Source: an uncultured Prolixibacteraceae bacterium | GTDB taxonomy: Bacteria; Bacteroidota; Bacteroidia; Bacteroidales; FEN-979 | DNA: 64,000 nucleotides | Assembly: GCA_964449285.1 (NCBI GenBank) | Contig: CAYUZX010000012.1 | Location: forward strand, 150 to 64,149 | Direction of reading: 5' to 3' | In this document: positions 53,062 to 61,274 of the stretch, piece by piece | How positions within the stretch are numbered: the stretch's first letter is position 1 | Layout: every line of letters starts with the position of its first letter | The notes under the pieces: model-generated | Seen by the model: the letters and a program-made list of their open reading frames with translations, nothing else | Database searches by the model: none | What the model was told of the DNA's origin: nothing | Program-made: the position numbers and the translations under genes

Positions 53062-53994
53062 ATGAAAACCCCCTTGCTTCATGCTCTTCAACCTTTTCCC
53101 CGAATCCTCTTCGTGGTGTTGCTGATCATCTCCTGCCTCTTCTTTTTTTTCCTGGGAGGTGTGTTGCTGGCGATGCCCCTTTTCGACGTATCTCTCTCTG
53201 AGACGATGGCCCTTCTTGCCGATTATGCCAACCCGAAAGCTGTCTCGCTACTGAAGTATCTACAAGTCATCCAAGAGGTAGGTATCTTTATCGTTCCCCC
53301 ACTGCTGGCCGCGTTTCTCTTTGCTTCCAGGCCATTTCAATACCTAAAGCTAACCAATCCCTCCCGATGGGAGATGTGGGTGATGGCAACAGTGATCATG
53401 GTGACATCCATCCCTGCCATAAGCCAGTTGATCGAACTGAATGAGGCGATGGAGCTGCCCGAATGGCTGTCTGGGATGGAGCAATGGATGCAGAAAGCCG
53501 AAGTACAGGCAAAGGAGCTCACGGAGGCCTTCCTGGATGTCAACACCCTGGGAGGTTTCCTTTTAAACCTGATGATGATCGCCATACTTCCGGCAATCGG
53601 GGAGGAGCTCCTCTTCCGTGGGCTTTTTCAACGGCTCTTTCACGATTGGCTGGGCAATATCCACCTGGCTATCATCCTGGCAGGGTTTCTTTTCGGAGCT
53701 ATGCACCTGCAGTTTTACGGGATCCTTCCCCGTGCTGTGCTTGGCATCCTCTTCGGCTATCTCTTTTACTGGTCGGGGTCGCTCTGGATACCGATCTTTG
53801 CCCACTTCCTGAACAATGCCGTGGCAGTGACTGTCTCGTTCCTGGAGCGGCAGGGGCTGATCGGAACCAGCCTTGAGGAGTTCGGCACCACCGACAACCT
53901 ATTCCTGATGATCTCCAGTTTCGTTGTTACATTTCTCGCCATCTACCTCTTTCGGTATTCGAGCTATGCCCGCAACAAACGAACCACTTTATAA
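53062..53994 (+). CDS. CPBP-family intramembrane glutamic endopeptidase (CAAX protease-like)
   Basis: It has the EELLFRG, FGAMH and HFLNN motifs and is polytopic. I set the start at the internal ATG (MKTPLLHAL). Confidence 0.8.
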   Translation: MKTPLLHALQPFPRILFVVLLIISCLFFFFLGGVLLAMPLFDVSLSETMALLADYANPKAVSLLKYLQVIQEVGIFIVPPLLAAFLFASRPFQYLKLTNPSRWEMWVMATVIMVTSIPAISQLIELNEAMELPEWLSGMEQWMQKAEVQAKELTEAFLDVNTLGGFLLNLMMIAILPAIGEELLFRGLFQRLFHDWLGNIHLAIILAGFLFGAMHLQFYGILPRAVLGILFGYLFYWSGSLWIPIFAHFLNNAVAVTVSFLERQGLIGTSLEEFGTTDNLFLMISSFVVTFLAIYLFRYSSYARNKRTTL

Positions 53995-54004
53995 CCGTGA
54001 TCAC

Positions 54005-55363
54005 ATGAAGACTTGCGTTCGCCTGATTCCGATATTCCTCCTGTTTTTTCTTATCCAACGTTCGCTTCCGGCTCAGGAGCCTGACACCAACCAGCTTCCG
54101 ATTCGTGAAAAAGGGAAAAAAGGCTGGACTTTCGGGGCATTGCCTGTTATTGCCTACGATGCCGATCAGGGTTTCCAGTTTGGTGCACTGGGACAGGTAT
54201 TCTATTATGGCGATGGATCCACCTATCCCGAGTACCTGCACACCATCTACGCAGAGGCTTCCTGGTTTACCAAGGGAGGAGCCGTTTACCAGCTCTTCTA
54301 TGATTCGAAACACCTGATACCGGGGAATATCAGGTTGACAGCCGAAGTGAGCTATTTTACCGAAAAAGCACTCGATTTTTACGGGTTTAACGGATACGAG
54401 GCGAACTACCTCCCTTCGGTCGCCAAAGAGGGAAATGCCGATTATATCTCCCGGATGTTCTACCGCCATCAGCGGAAGATGCTGCGTGTGATGGTTGATT
54501 TTCAGGGGCCTATTTTCGGGCAAAAGCTCCGTTGGCTAGCTGGGATCAACTTTTTCAACATCGAAACGGCAACAGTCGATGTTGAACGAATCAATCGTGG
54601 TAAGAAAGAGAGCAACCAGCTTCCGGATACAGCCCTGCTTTATGACCATTACGTGGATTTCGGTCTTATTGGGTCGCAGGAAAAAAGCGGGGGGAACATC
54701 ATCTACCTGAAACTGGGGCTGGTTTACGACACCCGCGACAATGAAGCTGCACCGAACCGGGGAATCTGGTCGGAGATACTCCTGATGAATGCCCCGACGT
54801 TTCTGGGCAACAACCCCTATGCTTTCATCAAGCTGGCGATAACACACAGGCAATACATCACACTGGTAAGAAATAGACTTGTAACAGCATACAGGCTGAC
54901 CTACCAGGGTACGATCGGAGGCACTGCTCCCTTTTACATCGAACCATATATGTATAGCTCCTGGGCGCTCACCACCAGACCGGATGGATTAGGCGGGTCC
55001 AGAACGCTTCGTGGGATTCTCAGGAATCGCGTGGTTGGCGAAGGGATAGCTTTTGGGAATGTGGAACTCCGATGGAAGTTCCTGCAGGGAAAACTATTCA
55101 AGCAGAACATCTATCTCGGGCTGCTGGGATTCCTTGATGGCGGGATGGCTGTTCAGGATATCAAGGTATACCGCGACCTCGTTCCGGAAGATCAGCAATC
55201 CTTTTTCTTCAACAAAACACATGACAGCATGCACTGGTCGGCCGGTATCGGATTACGTGCTGCGCTGAACGAAAACTTTATCATCTCCGTCGATTATGGT
55301 TTTGCTTTCGATAAGCAGGATGGCAACAGCGGGCTGTATATTGGAATCGGGAACATTTTTTAA
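54005..55363 (+). CDS. Omp85/surface-antigen-type outer-membrane beta-barrel without POTRA domains
   Basis: The signal is MKTCVRLIPIFLLFFLIQRSLPAQE. The strand pattern is amphipathic and the C-terminus is GLYIGIGNIF, with a terminal Phe. Confidence 0.55.
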   Translation: MKTCVRLIPIFLLFFLIQRSLPAQEPDTNQLPIREKGKKGWTFGALPVIAYDADQGFQFGALGQVFYYGDGSTYPEYLHTIYAEASWFTKGGAVYQLFYDSKHLIPGNIRLTAEVSYFTEKALDFYGFNGYEANYLPSVAKEGNADYISRMFYRHQRKMLRVMVDFQGPIFGQKLRWLAGINFFNIETATVDVERINRGKKESNQLPDTALLYDHYVDFGLIGSQEKSGGNIIYLKLGLVYDTRDNEAAPNRGIWSEILLMNAPTFLGNNPYAFIKLAITHRQYITLVRNRLVTAYRLTYQGTIGGTAPFYIEPYMYSSWALTTRPDGLGGSRTLRGILRNRVVGEGIAFGNVELRWKFLQGKLFKQNIYLGLLGFLDGGMAVQDIKVYRDLVPEDQQSFFFNKTHDSMHWSAGIGLRAALNENFIISVDYGFAFDKQDGNSGLYIGIGNIF

Positions 55364-55511
55364 TTACCATGGATTGCACATGAACCGGACTTACAGCCCC
55401 AAAAGATGATCCCAATTGTTCCCAAAGAGAAGAACACGCTATTAAAGAAGCCGAGATGCATTCCGTTCATCCAGGTAACGTCTTCAGGTTAGCTTAATAC
55501 CGGGTTCTGTC

Positions 55512-55546
55512 AAAAAAAGAAGCCGCCCTTTCGGAACGGCCTCTTC
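55512..55546 (-). terminator. intrinsic terminator after the rhodanese gene
   Basis: The minus strand reads GCCGTTCCGAAAGGGCGGC, then TTC, then TTTTTTT. Confidence 0.5.
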
Positions 55547-55564
55547 AACAGTTAAAGAGAGAAT

Positions 55565-56566
55565 TTATTGAACATAATCGTAACCCATGATCTGAGCGTC
55601 GTTGAAGACGGTCATTCCAGCGGTTACCATGTCGTCGTGAGCCAGGCCATTCATTCCATAGAGGAGCGATTTAGCATCATACCCCAATAAACGGAGGTAG
55701 GCAGCCAGGAACGAACTGGTTTGTCCGGTATAGCAATAGACAGCAATGGGCTTGTTGGTTGGTAGTGTTTTCAGATCAGCAGCCAGTTTGATAGATGCTT
55801 TAGGTGTGTATTGAATGGCGCCTGGAACATGTCCGAAATCGGCATATTGATCGGCCGGCCAATAGTTAACGATGTAGTAATTGGCAAGGTTATCAAAAAG
55901 CGTTTTATTATCAACTTTGGCTGGGCCATATCCTTCGGCCAGTAAAGCCGCAATACGTGCTTCCAGGATCTCCTGTCCGGTGGTCTTCCCTGTGGAGAGT
56001 GCCGGCATGTTACCCATTGGGCCTTTATCGGTGGCTGTCTTAACAAGTTGGGTAGCATAAGTATTGCCAATGGCATTCTGCCATCCGGAAGCAAATGCTG
56101 CATTCCAGGAGCACATACCCCACTTCATCGAAAAGACTTTAGCATATCCAGCTATCCGAAGCAGGAGGGCAGCAAAACCCGCCGTTTGTCCTGAATAACA
56201 TACAATGACCACTTTTTGATAAGGTGTTTGGTCCAATGCATCGACATGAGTCAGGATATCTCCCAATGCAACGTTATGGGCATTAGCGATATGACCGGTT
56301 GCAAAATCGGCAGCCGACCGGATGTCAATGATATAAACCTGGCCGATTAGATTGAGTGTATAAACATCGGTAGCGCTCGTTATCGATGGCATATCACTGT
56401 TTACATAATCTTTCCCAAGGGGCGAGCTGGTAGACTCCAGGAAGGTAGCTAACACTTCCGATTCATTTACCGTCGGGGTTGGAACTGGATCGTCATCTTT
56501 TTTACATGAGGTAACAAAGACAAATGCGAACAGGATACTTAGGATCCATAAATTTGTTTTTTTCAT
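55565..56566 (-). CDS. tandem-rhodanese-domain lipoprotein (sulfurtransferase-like)
   Basis: The lipobox is VTSC, followed by KKDDD. There are two rhodanese active-site loops, CYSGQTAG and CYTGQTSS. Confidence 0.8.
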   Translation of the reverse strand: MKKTNLWILSILFAFVFVTSCKKDDDPVPTPTVNESEVLATFLESTSSPLGKDYVNSDMPSITSATDVYTLNLIGQVYIIDIRSAADFATGHIANAHNVALGDILTHVDALDQTPYQKVVIVCYSGQTAGFAALLLRIAGYAKVFSMKWGMCSWNAAFASGWQNAIGNTYATQLVKTATDKGPMGNMPALSTGKTTGQEILEARIAALLAEGYGPAKVDNKTLFDNLANYYIVNYWPADQYADFGHVPGAIQYTPKASIKLAADLKTLPTNKPIAVYCYTGQTSSFLAAYLRLLGYDAKSLLYGMNGLAHDDMVTAGMTVFNDAQIMGYDYVQ

Positions 56567-56623
56567 AGTTTGAATAGGTTTTGTTTAAGGTATGTATTGG
56601 TTATTTGATGATTGAATTATTTC

Positions 56624-57979
56624 TTATCTGAACCAAGAGTCCGGTAACTTTCCATCGACCGTAATCTTTGCTGTTGCGCCAACTTCCCATGCGAGAAGGT
56701 CTTCCTGGAAGAGGTACAACTCTTTGTTGACCAACGTGCCTCCCTCGTTACGGATATGGCAGTTAAAGGAGCAAGCTTTTCCATCGGTCACCTGGGTATG
56801 GTCGGTCCACCGCAGCAAGTTATGGGGAGTAGTGTAGTTGTAGGTAGGCAGAATATTAAAATTGGCATATTGTGGAGCGCCGTATAAATCCCAGTTGTCC
56901 TGAGCTGCCAGGGTACGCCGTACGAGGGCGAAGTCAAATCCCGTTTTGATCCCGGGGATTGGGTTGGATGCAATTTTGAAATCCATATAGGAAGGAATGC
57001 GGGCTCCTTCTCCATGGATATGGCAGCTTCCGCAGTTGTTGTATACCTGAGAATGGCATACCTGGCAGTTGAAATCGTTAAAGTGCATCAAGTGATAGCT
57101 GTTGCTGCCCGATATTCCTTTGTGGCAGTCATTACAGGAAGGAAGATTCGCATAAGCGTAACGTTGTTCAACATGGTTTCCATCTCCGTGAAGGTCGGTG
57201 GACTTGTGACAATCTATGCATGTGTATCCTGCTTTCGTTAGATGGACATCGGGTTTAGTACCTGGAGAGACGCCCAAATAGGCATGTCCGCCTCGCGAAA
57301 CATGGCAGGTAACACATATGCTTATCATATCCGGTGTTTTGGTGAATGCATGGCCGTTGGGAAGACCGCCCCCACCCATAACAGGACGAACCACGTGGCA
57401 TTCGCCGCAGGATGCGTGGCAATGTGCACAATTTTTATTATAGCCTTCGATCTGGTGTTCGGGAAGTTGATCGAATTTATCAGGGCCGCTTAATCCACTT
57501 CGCATCGCTACCACTCTTTTCTGACCGGTACCATGGTGCAAACTGGTCGCAAAGTTCTCTACGATTGCCTTGTGGCACGCGCCGCACATCTTATTTGCAA
57601 ATACGGAAGGGTGAGAGATGAAGTCGCCTGAGTGTGCAAGATTTTTATCGTTGGTATAGTTGGTTCCCAGGTGGCACCCGGTACATCCGATCTGGTAATG
57701 TCCGGATGTTTTGAAAGCTTGATAGCCATCTCCTCCCATGAATACCCTATCGTAGGGTTCATAATGGGGAGCACCTCCACCGCACCCCCCTGGAGGAGCA
57801 GCTGTATCGGGAGTATAGACAGCCTGGAGATGGGCATAATTGGTATGGCACCCTTCACAGGATGCAACCGTAAGGGAATCCGGCTCAGGATCGGAACTTT
57901 TTTTCTTGCATCCACCAAGGATGATTAATGCCAGCAAAACCGGTATCCACAGTAGTTTTGTCTTCGAAAGTAGTAGCAT
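56624..57979 (-). CDS. decaheme c-type cytochrome lipoprotein
   Basis: The lipobox is LGGC. Ten CxxCH motifs are present: CEGCH, CTGCH, CGACH, CAHCH, CGECH, CVTCH, CIDCH, CNDCH, CQVCH and CGSCH. One CxxxCH (CSFNCH) follows, and the last roughly 110 aa are heme-free. Confidence 0.85.
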   Translation of the reverse strand: MLLLSKTKLLWIPVLLALIILGGCKKKSSDPEPDSLTVASCEGCHTNYAHLQAVYTPDTAAPPGGCGGGAPHYEPYDRVFMGGDGYQAFKTSGHYQIGCTGCHLGTNYTNDKNLAHSGDFISHPSVFANKMCGACHKAIVENFATSLHHGTGQKRVVAMRSGLSGPDKFDQLPEHQIEGYNKNCAHCHASCGECHVVRPVMGGGGLPNGHAFTKTPDMISICVTCHVSRGGHAYLGVSPGTKPDVHLTKAGYTCIDCHKSTDLHGDGNHVEQRYAYANLPSCNDCHKGISGSNSYHLMHFNDFNCQVCHSQVYNNCGSCHIHGEGARIPSYMDFKIASNPIPGIKTGFDFALVRRTLAAQDNWDLYGAPQYANFNILPTYNYTTPHNLLRWTDHTQVTDGKACSFNCHIRNEGGTLVNKELYLFQEDLLAWEVGATAKITVDGKLPDSWFR

Positions 57980-58050
57980 AACAGTCAGTTATTTATAGGT
58001 CTTATTTTTTGTGTAAAGTTCTTGTTTTTTCAGATGTTAATTACTTAACA

Positions 58051-58090
58051 ATAACTGTCATAGGCAATAAACATAACTGTCCTTCGACAG
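58051..58090. promoter_or_regulatory. 9-nt direct repeat ATAACTGTC (x2, 22-bp spacing) and CTGTC-N4-GACAG palindrome
   Basis: ATAACTGTC occurs at 58051-58059 and at 58073-58081. CTGTCCTTCGACAG occupies 58077-58090. Confidence 0.4.
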
Positions 58091-58098
58091 AAAATAAC

Positions 58099-58112
58099 CT
58101 GATCTGAATCAT
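58099..58112. promoter_or_regulatory. FNR/CRP-box-like palindrome cTGAT-CTGA-ATCAt
   Basis: TGAT-N4-ATCA at 58100-58111 matches the core of TTGAT-N4-ATCAA. It lies 21 nt upstream of the -7 box of the regulator gene and about 120 nt upstream of the cytochrome ATG. Confidence 0.45.
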
Positions 58113-58132
58113 TTTTTTCCCTGATAAACTTG

Positions 58133-58140
58133 TATATTTG
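58133..58140 (+). promoter_or_regulatory. -7 box TATATTTG
   Basis: It lies 24 nt upstream of the ATG at 58164. Confidence 0.45.
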
Positions 58141-58163
58141 TAATCTTGAACGACGAAACCAAG

Positions 58164-58859
58164 ATGGATATTAAAGAACAGTACACCGGTTGTACAATCA
58201 GTCCTCACAAATGCAGATGCTTTGAAATGCTGACGGAGGAAGAGATAAAGCTAATGGATTCCAGATCGGTAATAGTGAAATATAAAAAGGGTGAGATCAT
58301 CTGCAAGCAGGGCAGTTTTGCTTCTCACGTGATGTATATGGAAAATGGATTGGCTAAGGTATTTATCGACGACGGCGTAAACTCATTGGTACTGAAGATC
58401 ATCCCGGAGGGAAACCTGCTCGGGCTATCATCTCTGAGTAATGAAAACAATAAATTCCTCTATTCTGCAATGGCTTATATCGATTCTGACGTCAAGCAAG
58501 TCGATATTAATTATTTCAAGCAATTGCTGTCTCAAAATCCTGCATTCTCAAAAGAGGTCATCGACATTATGGGTTCTAACAGCACACAGATTAATAGTCG
58601 CTTTTTTTGCCTTACACATAAGCAGTCGTATGGCCGGCTGGCCGATATTCTCCTCTGTATCTCCGACCGTATATTTAAAACTGATGAGTTCGTTTTGCCG
58701 CTCTCTCGCAAAGACCTTGCCGAATTATCGGGGATGAGTTCGGAAACCGTCATCCGGATGCTGAAAAAATTCCATGATGATGGATTGATCCTTCTTGATG
58801 GCAAAAAATTCAAAATCCTGGATTACGACCGCCTGAAACGCGTTAGCGAGACAGGATAA
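58164..58859 (+). CDS. Crp/Fnr-family transcriptional regulator with an N-terminal Cys cluster
   Basis: It has a cNMP-binding-like beta-roll and a C-terminal HTH (RKDLAELSGMSSETVIRMLKKF). The N-terminus is MDIKEQYTGCTISPHKCRCF, with Cys10, Cys17 and Cys19. Confidence 0.85.
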   Translation: MDIKEQYTGCTISPHKCRCFEMLTEEEIKLMDSRSVIVKYKKGEIICKQGSFASHVMYMENGLAKVFIDDGVNSLVLKIIPEGNLLGLSSLSNENNKFLYSAMAYIDSDVKQVDINYFKQLLSQNPAFSKEVIDIMGSNSTQINSRFFCLTHKQSYGRLADILLCISDRIFKTDEFVLPLSRKDLAELSGMSSETVIRMLKKFHDDGLILLDGKKFKILDYDRLKRVSETG

Positions 58860-58995
58860 GGCTCGGCAAATCACACAATTGGGATCAGGATGAACCTCAT
58901 CCAACGAATGCCATTTGTTATTTTTTTCGCTTTTCCATAAGCCGGATAAAAGAAGCACATTCTTGGAAAATAGTTGCCACGAACATGAACTTCAT

Positions 58996-59003
58996 TACTT
59001 TTG
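58996..59003 (+). promoter_or_regulatory. -7 box TACTTTTG
   Basis: It lies 44 nt upstream of the ATG at 59047. Confidence 0.4.
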
Positions 59004-59046
59004 CATTGAAGGATTGTTTCCACTAATGCATGATTAAACTTTATTG

Positions 59047-60726
59047 ATGCAGCTGTTTAGCAAGGATTACCGGGCCTTAGGCTATTTGTGGAGATACATC
59101 AAGCCATTCAGGAAAAAATTTCTTTTCCTGAATATTCTCTCGCCCATCTATTCCGCACTTGCCGGTGCTTACTTTCTCTTTATTAAAAGATTACTTGACG
59201 ATGGATTTCTGGCCAACAATACCCAGGAAATCGGGATAACCCTGCTGATCCTTTTTGGGATTTTCTTTGCCCAAACGTTGATTGATCTACTCCAAACCTA
59301 CCTGCAAAACAAGACCATCAACACGATTACGATTGATATCAAAGACAGGTTATTCGATGCAGTTATTTCCAATTACAGGGCCATCCGTACCAGGCAGCAG
59401 GCCGGTGAAATTTTGTCAAGATTTTATATCGATACCGGCAATTTTATCACCCTGATAAATATCCTTTCCCTGGAATTTATCAAACAGCTGTTTACCCTGG
59501 TTTCCATTATAGGAGTGCTCTTCTATCTGAACTGGAAATTTGCCCTCATTCTTTTCCTGGCCTATCCTCTGTTTATCCTCCCATTGATAAAACTCGGCCA
59601 CTGGTTACGGAATCTCAGTCAGCATTACATGCACGCCTATGGAAGATCAAACAGCATACTGTATGAATCATTATATGGATACCTTATTATCAAGACCTAT
59701 AACCTGATTGATCATTTCAAGGAAAAATATAGGGCCAGCAATGAAAAACTGCTCAATAATTTACTCCGATCCACCCTTATTTCGAAACTGGTTGGGCCGA
59801 TCAATGACCTGGCCTCTTTCGTTGGACTGGGACTGATTCTATATTTTAGTATTTCCCAGGTGCAATCAGGCAGCCTTACGGTTGGCAGTCTTGTAGCATT
59901 TCTTGTGGCCTTGATGAAGTTCTATCAACCTGCCAAAGCCCTTTTCAATCTGTATAATTCTATGCAATCGGCATTCCCCGGATACATCCGGTTGAAGAGC
60001 ATGCTGGAATCTCATCAGGATACGTTAAGAAATGAAGAAACCCAGACTGCATTCTTCCATGAGCACCTGGAACTCAAACATGTCACCTTCTCCTACGACA
60101 GCCAGAAAATGATCCTCGATGATGTAAGCCTAACGGTGAAAAAAGGAGAGAAGGTGGCTATTATAGGCCGAACCGGCGCCGGGAAGTCAACCCTTATCAG
60201 TCTTTTGCTTGGCCTGATTCAGCCGGGAAAGGGGGATATCCTGATTGATGGAAAAAGGTATCAGGAGTTGAACAGGGAGAGTATCTTCAGCCTGTTCTCT
60301 TACATTTCCCAGGAACCCATCCTCTTCAATGATTCGATCCGATACAACATTCAGTTAGGAAAACTATCAAGTTCGGCGGATGAGCTGATTGAGGCCAGTA
60401 AAAAAGCACAGCTGCACTCCTTTATTTCGAACATTCAGGATGGATACGATACCCTTGTGGGAGACAGGGGTGATATGATATCGGGCGGTGAAAGACAACG
60501 GATTACGATTGCGAGGGCTCTGTTGAGAAATGCGCCCATCATCATTTTTGACGAAGCCACATCCTCGCTGGATTATGAAACTGAATCGGATATAAAGGAA
60601 GCAGTGTTTAAGTTGTCAGCTGACAAAACACTCATCATCATTACTCACAGGCTTACCACGCTGAAGGGGGTAGACAAAGTATACAACATCAAGGATGGTA
60701 AACTTGTGGAATCAAATTGGGAATAG
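59047..60726 (+). CDS. ABC exporter, fused permease and ATPase (MsbA / peptide-exporter type, no peptidase domain)
   Basis: It has six TM segments, Walker A GRTGAGKST, the signature ISGGERQR and Walker B IIIFDEATS. Confidence 0.9.
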   Translation: MQLFSKDYRALGYLWRYIKPFRKKFLFLNILSPIYSALAGAYFLFIKRLLDDGFLANNTQEIGITLLILFGIFFAQTLIDLLQTYLQNKTINTITIDIKDRLFDAVISNYRAIRTRQQAGEILSRFYIDTGNFITLINILSLEFIKQLFTLVSIIGVLFYLNWKFALILFLAYPLFILPLIKLGHWLRNLSQHYMHAYGRSNSILYESLYGYLIIKTYNLIDHFKEKYRASNEKLLNNLLRSTLISKLVGPINDLASFVGLGLILYFSISQVQSGSLTVGSLVAFLVALMKFYQPAKALFNLYNSMQSAFPGYIRLKSMLESHQDTLRNEETQTAFFHEHLELKHVTFSYDSQKMILDDVSLTVKKGEKVAIIGRTGAGKSTLISLLLGLIQPGKGDILIDGKRYQELNRESIFSLFSYISQEPILFNDSIRYNIQLGKLSSSADELIEASKKAQLHSFISNIQDGYDTLVGDRGDMISGGERQRITIARALLRNAPIIIFDEATSSLDYETESDIKEAVFKLSADKTLIIITHRLTTLKGVDKVYNIKDGKLVESNWE

Positions 60727-60734
60727 GTAAATCC

Positions 60735-61274
60735 ATGCCGATTGATTATACTACTGAGATGATCCTGGCGCTTGACATCCTGAATGTCAACGGATATTTG
60801 TGGACACGCGTCAAGGCAGATAATTCGGCTCCTTTGATCAGGGAAGGGGATATGATCTGTCTGAAGAAATGTGGGAAGGAATTAAAAAAGGGGGATCTCG
60901 TCGCGGTGGATTACCATAAAATATTTATCATTCAGCGAATCATCGAAATCGATGGGGATACCGTTTACACCAAGGCCGACCACTCCGAGAAAGGTCCCTT
61001 CAGCCAGGAGATCGGGAACATTGCAGGGAAGGTGGCCTATATTAAAAAGGAGAAAAACCTGGTGAATATTGACAATCCCATCTGTGACCTGATTCACTTG
61101 CTTATCATATGGTTATCAGTAGGACGGAGCAAAGTCAACACCGCCAGTGGCTTTTTCTACCGTAAATTTTTTCATAAACTGAGAAGATCAATGCTAAAAC
61201 GGATTTTGAAACTGGAACTCATTATTGGTAAAAAATATGCGAAAAACGTTGATCCCGGATTACAAATCCCCTGA
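60735..61274 (+). CDS. S24/S26 signal-peptidase-like protein, apparently degenerate
   Basis: It aligns by eye with the 62468 ORF (VKADNSAPLIREGD against VKADGHSMNPFIKKGD). It reads SAP where SMxP is expected, FIIQRII where FIHRIL is expected, and KADHS where KGDN is expected. It overlaps the neighbouring genes. Confidence 0.5.
   Translation: MPIDYTTEMILALDILNVNGYLWTRVKADNSAPLIREGDMICLKKCGKELKKGDLVAVDYHKIFIIQRIIEIDGDTVYTKADHSEKGPFSQEIGNIAGKVAYIKKEKNLVNIDNPICDLIHLLIIWLSVGRSKVNTASGFFYRKFFHKLRRSMLKRILKLELIIGKKYAKNVDPGLQIP

Noticed and set aside
55360-55470. A 36-aa minus-strand ORF (MNGMHLGFFNSVFFSLGTIGIIFWGCKSGSCAIHGN) follows the rhodanese terminator.
   Set aside because: It is hydrophobic and Cys-containing, so it is tempting as a small membrane peptide. 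However, it lies downstream of an intrinsic terminator, has no -7 box that I can find, and cannot be supported without conservation data.
58725-58958. A 77-aa minus-strand ORF spans the end of the Crp/Fnr gene.
   Set aside because: It is antisense and overlapping, with no motifs. It is not a credible precursor for the neighbouring operon.
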